A program made the translations under genes and the position numbers. Positions 20,682-28,829 of a stretch of 64,000 nucleotides of DNA are shown here, in pieces (the stretch's first letter is position 1; each line of letters opens with the position of its first letter). Source of the stretch: Deinococcus sp. (GTDB lineage: Bacteria; Deinococcota; Deinococci; Deinococcales; Deinococcaceae); contig OZ253375.1 of assembly GCA_965261005.1 (NCBI GenBank), positions 1,920,001 to 1,984,000 on the forward strand, written 5' to 3'. The notes beneath the pieces are model-generated. The model had not been told where the DNA came from and ran no database searches. It saw only the letters and a list, made by a program, of their open reading frames with translations.

Positions 20682-22238
20682 TCAGTTGACGGTCTGGCCG
20701 TCGGCGACGGGGGCGGCGGGCGCGGCGGCGGCGTCGCGCACCTTGACCTTGATGCGCACCAGAATCTGACTGCCGCCGGGCACGCTGTCGGCGGCCGTGA
20801 TGGTGTTGTCGTTGTTGGTGTCCACGCCCACGTACAAGACGGTCGTGCCGGCCGTAAAGGCGCCCAGGGTCGTCGGGTCGGTCTTCCAGGTCGTGCCGTC
20901 GGTGCTGTACAGCACGGTGCCGGTGAAGCCGGTGACGCTCGCGCCAACCGAGTACATGACCGTGTTGGCGGGCAGGGTGTCGCGCAGCTTGACGGCCAGC
21001 AGGTTGCCGGTGCCGGTGTTGTTGGCCTTGAGGTAGTACACGACGTAGTCGCCGGGCTTGGCGTTCACGTCGGTCTGCACCGCGCTGGCCGAGTTGGGGC
21101 AGCTCGCGGGAACCGTCGCGCCGGAGGTGCCGCAGAGGGCTTGCAGCTTCACGAAGCTCGCCACGCCGCGCTGCACGGTGGTCACGTCGGTGATGGTGTT
21201 GCCGCCGTTCGAGGTCGCGGCGTTGTTCTTGACCGTCGTGCTGGTGGTGACGTTCAGCAGCGCCGTCAACACGTCGGTGTTCTTGTCGCCGTCCTGCCGG
21301 CCGGTGGGCGCGGTGACGCTGACCGCCAGGGTGACGACCTCGCCGCTCGCGAGGCTGTTGGCGCCCAGCGCGTTGCTGATGGCGGTCTGCGGGTTGGCAG
21401 CTGCGGCGCCGGTGGTCCCCTTGTAGGTGGCGGTGTAGGAGACGGTAAAAGCGCCCGCAGCCAAGGCGGCGCCGGTCTTGTCGGCGTTGGTGACGGCCTG
21501 GGTGACGTTCAGCTGCGAGGTCGAGACGGGCGCGTTGCCGGTGTTGGTCAGCGTCTCGGTGTAGGTCTTGGTGCCGGTCACGGTGACAAAACCCGTGTTG
21601 CTGGCCGCCAAGCTCAGGTCATAGATCGTGTTGACGGCGATGCGGCCGTAGTTGTTGTTGTCAGTCGGGCCGGCGGGGGCGGCGGTCGTGCCCGTGGCGA
21701 CCGACTTCGCCTGCGGGTTGATGTCGTAGGTGGTGCCGGCCGCCTGGTTCACGGGAATCGGGTACACCGCAAAAAAGGTCTTGCTGGCGTCGGCGGCGAG
21801 GTTGGTGTAGCCGGTGATCAGGGTGTCGCCGGCGTCGTAGGAACCGTTGCCGTTGGTGTCGTCGTAGAACTTGACGTTGGCGGCGGTGACGTTGGCGCTC
21901 TGCGCGAACACGCTCAGCACGTCCGAGTCGCTGCCGTTGCCGGTGTTGGTCAGGCTGTAGGTCAGAACGCCGTATCTGGTGACCGCGCCGGTGCTGGGGT
22001 CCACGGTGTAGGTCTGACCGGGGGTGCCCGCCGTGCCGTCGGGCGTCACCGAGACGCCGTAGACCTGCTGCACCTGGATGTTAACGGTGTTGGAGGTGGC
22101 CGTCTGGGGGCCAGCCGCCGTGTCGTCGGTGCTGTAGTCGAGGGAGCCGGTGTTGGAGATGGTGCTGCCGGCGGGGGCGCCCACCGCGAGGGCGGCGCCG
22201 GAGAGGGCGAGCAGGCCGGTGATCCAAAAACGCTTCAT
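20682..22238 (-). CDS. Secreted DUF11-like beta-sandwich protein, putative filament subunit 1
   Basis: Paralog of 19210-20664; VGAPAGSTISNTGSLDY N-terminus; AKPGDYVVYYLKANN...LRDTLPANT. Confidence 0.72.
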   Translation of the reverse strand: MKRFWITGLLALSGAALAVGAPAGSTISNTGSLDYSTDDTAAGPQTATSNTVNIQVQQVYGVSVTPDGTAGTPGQTYTVDPSTGAVTRYGVLTYSLTNTGNGSDSDVLSVFAQSANVTAANVKFYDDTNGNGSYDAGDTLITGYTNLAADASKTFFAVYPIPVNQAAGTTYDINPQAKSVATGTTAAPAGPTDNNNYGRIAVNTIYDLSLAASNTGFVTVTGTKTYTETLTNTGNAPVSTSQLNVTQAVTNADKTGAALAAGAFTVSYTATYKGTTGAAAANPQTAISNALGANSLASGEVVTLAVSVTAPTGRQDGDKNTDVLTALLNVTTSTTVKNNAATSNGGNTITDVTTVQRGVASFVKLQALCGTSGATVPASCPNSASAVQTDVNAKPGDYVVYYLKANNTGTGNLLAVKLRDTLPANTVMYSVGASVTGFTGTVLYSTDGTTWKTDPTTLGAFTAGTTVLYVGVDTNNDNTITAADSVPGGSQILVRIKVKVRDAAAAPAAPVADGQTVN

Positions 22239-22248
22239 AAGGGTCCTT

Positions 22249-22731
22249 TCACTTCACGCGCACGCGAAAGCGCAGTTTGGGGGCGTCCCCCGGCTCAAGG
22301 GTGGTGAGGGTCCAGCGCACCGCGCGGTACTCGCTGGGGTCGGCGGGCACCTGCTTGACGACCTCCTTGCCGTTTTCGGTGACCTTGACGGTCTTGGTGG
22401 GTTTGGCGCTGAAGCTCTTGCCGTCGAGGCTGTAGCCGAGTTCCGCCCCCTCCACGGCGCCGGCGCTGCCCGCCAAAAACACCGTGTTGGCCGGGACCGG
22501 CACCGTGACGCGGGCGTTCTTGACGGCCCGGTCGGCGTGCGGCTCGGCGCGCTGCTCCAGCACGTCGCCGGGCTTCACCTGCTTGGCCTCGCTCAGCACC
22601 TCGCTGGTCTTGCCGTCCTGGGTGACGGTGGTCACGGCCTCCAAGCTGAGCTTGAGTTCGGGGGCGGCGCCGGCCAAACCGCCCAAACCGAGGGCGAGGA
22701 CAAGGGTGGCTGGGGCAAGTGGTGTTTTCAT
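22249..22731 (-). CDS. Small secreted single DUF11-like domain protein (putative chaperone or cap)
   Basis: GGAGG RBS; signal peptide; VKPGDVLE...PVPANTVF...RWTL..LEPG...LRFRVRVK. Confidence 0.72.
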   Translation of the reverse strand: MKTPLAPATLVLALGLGGLAGAAPELKLSLEAVTTVTQDGKTSEVLSEAKQVKPGDVLEQRAEPHADRAVKNARVTVPVPANTVFLAGSAGAVEGAELGYSLDGKSFSAKPTKTVKVTENGKEVVKQVPADPSEYRAVRWTLTTLEPGDAPKLRFRVRVK

Positions 22732-22784
22732 GTGGCCTCCAGAGAGAAAACAAGCCGGCAGGGCCGGTCCTGAACAGGGACGGT

Positions 22785-22862
22785 CAACGCCGGTCGCACC
22801 ACTCGCTCCACACGCCGCCTTGGTGCCCGCATTGGCCTGACGCGCTTCAACGCCTCGTTGTC
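22785..22862 (-). promoter_or_regulatory. c-di-GMP-II riboswitch
   Basis: Minus strand reads CAACGAGGCGTTGAAG...GCGGGCACC...GGAGCGAGTGGTGCGACCGGCGTTG; hallmark UGAA, GGGCAC/GUGC pseudoknot, GGAG.GAGU and ACCG; P1 CAACG/CGTTG. Confidence 0.82.
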
Positions 22863-22975
22863 TGGACCCGGCCACCACCGCTTCAGCCGGTCTTACAAAA
22901 GCTAAATAAAGTCTTCATACAAACTTCTTACAAAGCTCTGCGACTGAGAACACGCGGCGCTACACTGAGGGCGGC

Positions 22976-23734
22976 ATGACGGCACGGACGGCTCTCCCCG
23001 GCGCGGCCGGGACGTGCATTGTGGTCACCGGCGACCCGCTCGCGGCGGCCACAGCGTCGCCGGGCGCCTTCGTGGCGTGCGAGGCCCCGCACGCGGTCGC
23101 GCCCGGTCAGCGCGCGCTGGCCTACCTGAATGGCCCCGTGAGCGTGAGCGTCACGCGCGATTTCGAGGGCTTCCAGGTGTACGGCGAGGCCGTCGCCCCC
23201 ACCCGCTACCAACCGCGTGAGGTGGCGCGCGCCGTCAGCCACGACCCCGAACCTTGGGAAGCGACCTTCATGCGCGCTCAGCGCTTGGCGGCGCAGCTCA
23301 CGCGCTGGGTGGACGGCGAACTCACGCTGGAGGAGCGGGCGCGCGATCTGGGCGCCCTGGCCCGCTGGCGCCGGGGGCAGGCGCCGCCCGTGGCCGTGAC
23401 GGTGGGCGGCATTGAGCTGTCGTGGTGTCCCCAATTGGCCTGCTGGGCCTGCGTGGATTTGGACACCGGCGAGGTGATCCGCCTGACCGGCGAGGCCCGC
23501 ACGGTCTATGATCTCGCGCTGGCGGGGGCGGGGGCGCTGAGCCTGGCCGGTCAGGCGTGGGCCTACAGCCTGCACGACGGCCGCACCCCCGTCGCGGTGT
23601 GCGCGGAGGGCGGCGGCTACAAGGCGCGCCGGGCGCCCGCCCCCGCACCGGGCGAGATCGTCGCGTACCACCTGGGCGCGCAGCTTTCGAAGGACAGGCG
23701 CCCCAAGGCGACGAAATTCATACGCGCGCCGTGA
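22976..23734 (+). CDS. Hypothetical protein; 3' end possibly altered by the duplicated hydrolase fragment
   Basis: GC3-rich ORF with TACACT -10 element just upstream (leaderless-type). Confidence 0.55.
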   Translation: MTARTALPGAAGTCIVVTGDPLAAATASPGAFVACEAPHAVAPGQRALAYLNGPVSVSVTRDFEGFQVYGEAVAPTRYQPREVARAVSHDPEPWEATFMRAQRLAAQLTRWVDGELTLEERARDLGALARWRRGQAPPVAVTVGGIELSWCPQLACWACVDLDTGEVIRLTGEARTVYDLALAGAGALSLAGQAWAYSLHDGRTPVAVCAEGGGYKARRAPAPAPGEIVAYHLGAQLSKDRRPKATKFIRAP

Positions 23735-23934
23735 AGCGGCTGAACGGCCGCCCACTGCTGATGGTGAATGGCCGGCACGACCCGGTGATCCGCCCCGAGC
23801 AGGCCCAGCGGCTCTTCGACGCGGCGGGGGAACCGAGGGAGCTGCGCTGGTGGGACGCCGGCCACGCCCTGCCCCCGGCGGCCGTGGACGAGGCGGCGGC
23901 CTGGCTGGCGGCCCGCCTCGGCGGCGTCCGGTGA
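23723..23934 (+). pseudogene. 3' fragment of an alpha/beta hydrolase; 199-bp inverted duplicate of 45583-45781
   Basis: RAVKRLNGRPLLMVNGRHD...WWDAGH...AARLG is the same in both copies. Confidence 0.9.
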
Positions 23935-23940
23935 TTGGAT

Positions 23941-24001
23941 TTGACTTCCGCTGCATACCGCGCTATCTTGAATCTATCAGCGGCCGAAAGGCCGCTTTTT
24001 T
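23941..24001 (+). repeat. 61-bp promoter/terminator unit R1
   Basis: TTGACT-17-TATCTT...AGCGGCC-GAAA-GGCCGCTTTTT. Confidence 0.9.
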
Positions 24002-24091
24002 GTCGCTCTTGTCGTTGCCCCATGTGCCGCGTCCCAACCCCCTTTGGCGCCCGGCACACCACGCCGGCCTCTTCCCGGCGTTCTATAAACC

Positions 24092-24814
24092 ATGATTCCC
24101 GAGCGCGAAAATGATCTGCGCCCGCCCGGCGAGGACAAGGGCCTGTGGCGCGAGACGCTGGAGGCGGGCGCCAGGCTGCTTCAGTCGGCGGCGCCCCTCA
24201 GGGGCTTCGACATCTACGTGGTGGGCTTTCACTGCGCGCGGCAGCGCCCAGAGGAGCAGATGGAGGCGCACCACTACTGCAAGCAGGTGAACGCGGACTT
24301 CTTGCAGTGCGCCATCTTCGACGGCAACACCGAGGGCGCCAACCTGATCGGGGTGGAGTACATCGTCAGCGGGCGCCTGTTCGAATCCCTGCCCGAGGGG
24401 GAAAAGGCGTCATGGCACCCACACAACTACGAGGTGCTGGGCGGCAGCTTGACCGCGCCGGGCTTGCCGGTGATGGCCGAGCAGGCGCTGATGCGGCTGC
24501 TGATCAACAGCTACGGCAAGACCTGGCACCTGTGGCACACCGGGCGCCACGACGGTCAGGGCAGGCCCGCCGACCCCCTGCCGCTGGGAGACGCGACGCT
24601 GATGTGGTCCTTCAACCGCCACGGCGAGGCGGACGCGAGCCTGGTGCAGAGCCGCGCGGCGGCCATGGGGGTGGACGAGGCGCAAAAGGAGCGTGAGCGG
24701 GCGCACCTGGCCGCCCTCGCCGGGCCGCAACAGGGCGTGGACCTGCTGCGCGGCGCCTTTCCGAACACCGACGGCCGGCCGGGGGGCGTTCGGGATATTC
24801 GAGACACGGAATGA
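24092..24814 (+). CDS. DUF1264/OBAP-family protein
   Basis: GFHCA..P..QMEAHHYC, QCAIFD...ANLIGVEYIVS, WHPHNYEV, YGKTWHLW. Confidence 0.85.
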   Translation: MIPERENDLRPPGEDKGLWRETLEAGARLLQSAAPLRGFDIYVVGFHCARQRPEEQMEAHHYCKQVNADFLQCAIFDGNTEGANLIGVEYIVSGRLFESLPEGEKASWHPHNYEVLGGSLTAPGLPVMAEQALMRLLINSYGKTWHLWHTGRHDGQGRPADPLPLGDATLMWSFNRHGEADASLVQSRAAAMGVDEAQKERERAHLAALAGPQQGVDLLRGAFPNTDGRPGGVRDIRDTE

Positions 24815-24820
24815 TTGCAG

Positions 24821-24881
24821 TTGACTTCCGCTGTATACCGCGCTACACTTTAGAAATCAGCGGCCGAAATGGGCCGCTTTT
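24821..24881 (+). repeat. 61-bp promoter/terminator unit R2
   Basis: TTGACT-17-TACACT-TTAGAAATCAGCGGCC...GGCCGCTTTT. Confidence 0.9.
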
Positions 24882-24902
24882 CTCTTGCCTCCAAAGGTGG
24901 GC

Positions 24903-25490
24903 CTACTCGAAGCCGCGCTCCAGAAACCTCTGCACGTTGGCGGGACTGGGAGCGCCCAGGAACTCGGCCAGGGTCTCTAGCGGGACGCCGCGCTCGTGAA
25001 GATTCTTGGCGCACGACCAGCGCAAGTCGGCGACGGTGAACTCGGTGCCGGCCAGCTCGCGCGTTTCCCGGCTGACCTTGCGGACCACGTGGTTCACCTG
25101 TTCCGGCGTGATGGGCGCCTGTTCGCCGGGGCGGCGGGGCAGCAGCGGGTCGCCGGGCTGGCGCGGGGCGTTGCGGTCGTGGCGCAGGTACGCTTTCAGC
25201 GCCCGCGCGAGGTCGGGGTGCAAGTCCACCTCGTCCCACCCGTCTGCCGTGCCCTGGCGCAGCACCCGCAGGGTTTCTCCCGGCAAATCGAGGTCGCCGG
25301 CTCTCAGGGCGCTCACCTGCCGGGGGCGCAACCCCTGAAGGCCCAGCAAGCCGATCACCAACCCGTCGCGCCGTGGGCCGCAGGCGTGCATAATCTCCAG
25401 AATTTGCGGCTCTTGCAGCCGGTTCCGTTGGGATGGATTGGGCTGGACCGACTTGGGCTGGACCGAGTTGGGTTGGGCCGGGTTCGGCAT
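24903..25490 (-). CDS. Stand-alone tyrosine-recombinase catalytic-domain homolog with a degenerate active site
   Basis: AGGAGG RBS; box I GLRPRQVSALRAGDLD; box II VADLRWS...LGAPS..NVQRF, where H-x-x-R, LGH and Tyr are expected. Confidence 0.8.
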   Translation of the reverse strand: MPNPAQPNSVQPKSVQPNPSQRNRLQEPQILEIMHACGPRRDGLVIGLLGLQGLRPRQVSALRAGDLDLPGETLRVLRQGTADGWDEVDLHPDLARALKAYLRHDRNAPRQPGDPLLPRRPGEQAPITPEQVNHVVRKVSRETRELAGTEFTVADLRWSCAKNLHERGVPLETLAEFLGAPSPANVQRFLERGFE

Positions 25491-25549
25491 GGGGCCTCCT
25501 GTTGGCCTCCAGTCTGCCATCCCTGAGAACTCGCGTCCAACGGATACGT

Positions 25550-25610
25550 TTGACTTTCCGTGCATACCGCGCTACACTTTAGAAATCAGCGGCCACTTGG
25601 GCCGCTTTTT
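25550..25610 (+). repeat. 61-bp promoter/terminator unit R3
   Basis: TTGACT-17-TACACT-TTAGAAATCAGCGGCCACTTGGGCCGCTTTTT. Confidence 0.9.
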
Positions 25611-25648
25611 CGTTGAACTTGGTTCGTTGAGATGATGTGCCGGCCCGC

Positions 25649-27478
25649 CTACTTCACCACGGGCTGCTTGACGACCTGTTTCGCGCCCTTCTGGGTCCAG
25701 CCGACCAGCCAGCCGAGGGTGGACGGGTAGCTGACGTTGCCGTTCCAGACGTAGTTGACCAAGCCGCGCCGGGTGATCAGCAGCTCGCGGCGCAGGTACA
25801 GCGGAATCGAGGGCAACTCGCTGGCGAACTGTTCTTGCATGCCCGCGAAGATGGCGCGCCGCTTTGCCGGGTCGGTTTCCGAGCGCGCCTGGCTCCACAG
25901 CTTATCGTAGGTCGCGTTGCACCAGCCACCCACGTTGTTGCCGGCGTAGCCGTTGGCGGCGCTGGGCACGTTGTCGTTTTTCTGCGGGGTGGCCGGGTCG
26001 TCGCAGTAAAACTCGTTGCCGCCTTCCAAGAGCGGCACCCCGCCGCCGGCCGCCTCGAACAGGCCGGTCCAAGACCCCTCGGAGGTGTGCGGAAAGTAGT
26101 CCTGCGCGAACACCACCGAGGCGGGCGCGTTGTTGATCTTCACGCCGATGCCGACCTTTTGCAAATTGTCCTTGATGAAGAGTTGGTTGCGCTCGCGCAC
26201 CGCGTTGCCGGCGGTGGTGACGTACTCCAGCACGAACTTGACGGTGCGGCCGTTCACGCTGCGCTGCAAGACGCCGTCCGCGCCCGGTTTCCAGCCCAGC
26301 GCCGCCAGCAGTTGGCGCGCCTTGGCGGGATTGTAGGCGTAGGCATCCGCCATCACCGGCGAGTAGGCCGGCGAGTTGGGGTTCACGAAGGTGTTGACCA
26401 CCCTGACCGTGCCGCCCAGTAAGTCCTCGGCGATGCTCTTGCGGTCGATGGCGTACAGCAGCGCTTGGCGGGTCCTGGGGTCGTTCAGCTGGAGGTCGCT
26501 GACGGCCTGCACATTCCCGAACTTGTTGACGATCAAGTTCTCGAAGGCGGTGCCCTCCAGCAGCGACACGCTGTAGACGTTCTTCGCGTTGTCGCGCAGC
26601 AGCTTGAGGGTGGCGGGCGAGTTGGCGAGGCCAATGCTGGAGGTCGCGTCAACCTGCCCGGCCAGCAGGGCGGTTTGCAGGGTGTTGGTGTTGCCGATAA
26701 AGCGGTAGACGACGCGCTGCACGCCGTTCGGGTTCTTTTGCCAGTAGGTCGGGTTGCGGACCATGCTCAGGCTTTGGCCGGGGGTCCAGCGCTCGAAGCG
26801 GAAGGGGCCGCTCACGACCGGCGGGCCACCTTGGCTGGTGGCGACGGGGGCGCCCAACAGTTCCTTTTGGACGATGTCCTGCTGCTGCGCGGGGGTCTTG
26901 CCGGACAAGTCGGCCTTGACCCGCGTCCACAGCGGCCCCCACACCTGCGCGGGCAAGTTGGCGACGCCGTCGGGCCGCACGCCCTTTTGATAGAAGATGT
27001 TGATGGGCGCGTAGGTCACCTCGAAGTTCTTGGCGTCGGTGACCTTGAAATCTGTGGGAAAGTTGGCGCGCGACAAGACCGGCACCCGCTTGTCGCCGGC
27101 GATCTCGTAGAACAGGCGAAAGTCCTCGCTGGTGATGGGCCGCCCGTCGCTCCAGGTGATGTCTGGCTTGAGGGTCCAGCGCACCGTCATGGAGGTGGGG
27201 AAGCCGCTCGCGTCGCGAACGATCTTGACCCGGCCGTTGGCCTCGCTGGGCAGCTCGGCGGCCATGTCGGGATGGTACTTGCCGCCGAGGTCGAGATAGG
27301 TCAGGTCGCGGTACATCCAGCCCATCACCTCGCGGGTGACGCTCTGGCTGTTGACCAGGTATTCCAGCGCCGAAGGCTCCTGGCTGGCGCCGATGGTCAG
27401 CGAGTTGTCGCTCGGTCCCGCGTGCGCGGAAAAGCCGCAGGCGAGCAAAAGGGTCAGGCTGATGGCTGCTCTTTTCAT
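25649..27478 (-). CDS. Peptide/nickel ABC transporter substrate-binding protein (family 5)
   Basis: Signal peptide; LKPDITWSDGRPITSED, SGPFRF, RQALLYAIDR. Confidence 0.9.
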   Translation of the reverse strand: MKRAAISLTLLLACGFSAHAGPSDNSLTIGASQEPSALEYLVNSQSVTREVMGWMYRDLTYLDLGGKYHPDMAAELPSEANGRVKIVRDASGFPTSMTVRWTLKPDITWSDGRPITSEDFRLFYEIAGDKRVPVLSRANFPTDFKVTDAKNFEVTYAPINIFYQKGVRPDGVANLPAQVWGPLWTRVKADLSGKTPAQQQDIVQKELLGAPVATSQGGPPVVSGPFRFERWTPGQSLSMVRNPTYWQKNPNGVQRVVYRFIGNTNTLQTALLAGQVDATSSIGLANSPATLKLLRDNAKNVYSVSLLEGTAFENLIVNKFGNVQAVSDLQLNDPRTRQALLYAIDRKSIAEDLLGGTVRVVNTFVNPNSPAYSPVMADAYAYNPAKARQLLAALGWKPGADGVLQRSVNGRTVKFVLEYVTTAGNAVRERNQLFIKDNLQKVGIGVKINNAPASVVFAQDYFPHTSEGSWTGLFEAAGGGVPLLEGGNEFYCDDPATPQKNDNVPSAANGYAGNNVGGWCNATYDKLWSQARSETDPAKRRAIFAGMQEQFASELPSIPLYLRRELLITRRGLVNYVWNGNVSYPSTLGWLVGWTQKGAKQVVKQPVVK

Positions 27479-27641
27479 GTCTCCTCCGCGGGGCAGGATA
27501 CCCAAGCGCCCGGGGCCGAAGCGCGCGTTTTGCTGCTATTAAAAAATCCCCAAAGCTTTCCGGAGAACACATAAACTTGGCGTGATGAGCCGTCCGTTTT
27601 CCTTACAGTGCCCCGGTTTTCGGCCTGCTATAAGGGCCGGG

Positions 27642-28829
27642 ATGTTGATCTACACGCTCAGGCGCGTCCTCGCGATGGTGCCGATTCTGCTGGTGGTCTC
27701 GCTGCTGGTCTTCGCGTTGATTCAGCTTCAGCCCGGCGACTTCGTGGACGAGCTGCGGCTCAGCAACCCCAACGTCACCGCCCAGGAGGTACGTGACCTG
27801 CGCCGCGCCTACGGCCTCGACTTGCCGTGGTACGTGCAGTACGGCAAGTGGCTCGGCCGCGCGGTGCAGGGGGACTTCGGCATCTCCAGAAAGCAGTACG
27901 TGCCGGCCGCCCAATTCGTGGTGGAGCAGCGCCTCGGCAACACCCTCTGGCTGGGCGCGAGCGCCTTTGTGGTGTCGCTGCTGATCGGCTTGCCGCTGGG
28001 CATTCTCTCGGCGGTGCGGCAATACAGCCTGCTCGACTACCTGACCACCTTTTTCGCCTTTGTGGGCTTTTCCCTACCGGTCTTTTGGTTCGGCCTGATG
28101 CTCTTGATCGTCTTCAGCGTGAATTTCAAGGTGCTGCCGGCGGGCGGTCTGTCCAGCACCGGGGCCAGCCCGCTGGTTGCCACGGCGGCCACCTTCGACG
28201 CGACCGGCCCGGTGAAGGCCGTGCGGACAAAGGACGGCCGCACGGTCGTCACGGTGGAGGTCTACGACGCGGCGGCGGCGCGGGCGCGGGACCGCGCCTA
28301 CACCCTGCCCCCCGGCGCCAGCAGCGCTGTGCGCGCCGGCGACTACGTGTCGGCCGGCCAGCCGCTCGGGCGCCGCGCGACCTTGGGCAGCTGGCTCAGT
28401 TACGCCCTCGATAGGGCGCGCTACCTGGTGCTGCCCACCCTGGCCCTCTCGGTGATTCAGATCGCCACTTGGACGCGCTTTATGCGCGCCTCGCTGCTGG
28501 AGGTCATCCCCCAGGACTTCGTGCGCACCGCGCGGGCCAAAGGCGTGCCCCGGCGGCGGGTCATCTCCAAGCACGCCCTCAGAAACGCGCTGATCCCGGT
28601 GCTGACCTTGATCGGCTTGTCGCTGCCGGGGCTGGTGAACGGCGCCGTCATCACCGAGACGGTCTTCAATTACCCTGGCATGGGCCTCGCGCTCTACCAA
28701 AGCATTCTCGACAAGGACTACAACCCGGCCATGGTGATCCTGCTGCTGCTGGCCCTGATCACCCTGCTGGCCAACTTGCTGACCGACCTCGCCTACGCCC
28801 TGTTCGATCCCCGGATTCGCTACAGCTGA
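27642..28829 (+). CDS. Peptide ABC transporter permease (OppB/DppB-like) with an inserted extracytoplasmic domain
   Basis: YGLDLPWYVQYGKWL, DFVRTARAKG EAA loop, DPRIRY. Confidence 0.9.
   Translation: MLIYTLRRVLAMVPILLVVSLLVFALIQLQPGDFVDELRLSNPNVTAQEVRDLRRAYGLDLPWYVQYGKWLGRAVQGDFGISRKQYVPAAQFVVEQRLGNTLWLGASAFVVSLLIGLPLGILSAVRQYSLLDYLTTFFAFVGFSLPVFWFGLMLLIVFSVNFKVLPAGGLSSTGASPLVATAATFDATGPVKAVRTKDGRTVVTVEVYDAAAARARDRAYTLPPGASSAVRAGDYVSAGQPLGRRATLGSWLSYALDRARYLVLPTLALSVIQIATWTRFMRASLLEVIPQDFVRTARAKGVPRRRVISKHALRNALIPVLTLIGLSLPGLVNGAVITETVFNYPGMGLALYQSILDKDYNPAMVILLLLALITLLANLLTDLAYALFDPRIRYS

Noticed and set aside
23941..24001. 61-bp unit as a XerC/D dif-like site
   Set aside because: No 11-6-11 layout or TTATGTTAAAT-like arm; the variation pattern fits a -10 hexamer better.
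25436..25480. 15-bp tandem repeats (TTGGGCTGGACCGA-like) as a phase-variation tract
   Set aside because: In-frame, imperfect, and only encode a low-complexity N-terminal tail.
23941..25610. R1-R3 as a CRISPR array or classical integron attC sites
   Set aside because: The intervals are whole genes, there are no cas genes, no RYYYAAC/GTTRRRY boxes, and the adjacent recombinase lacks both the IntI insertion and the catalytic Tyr.
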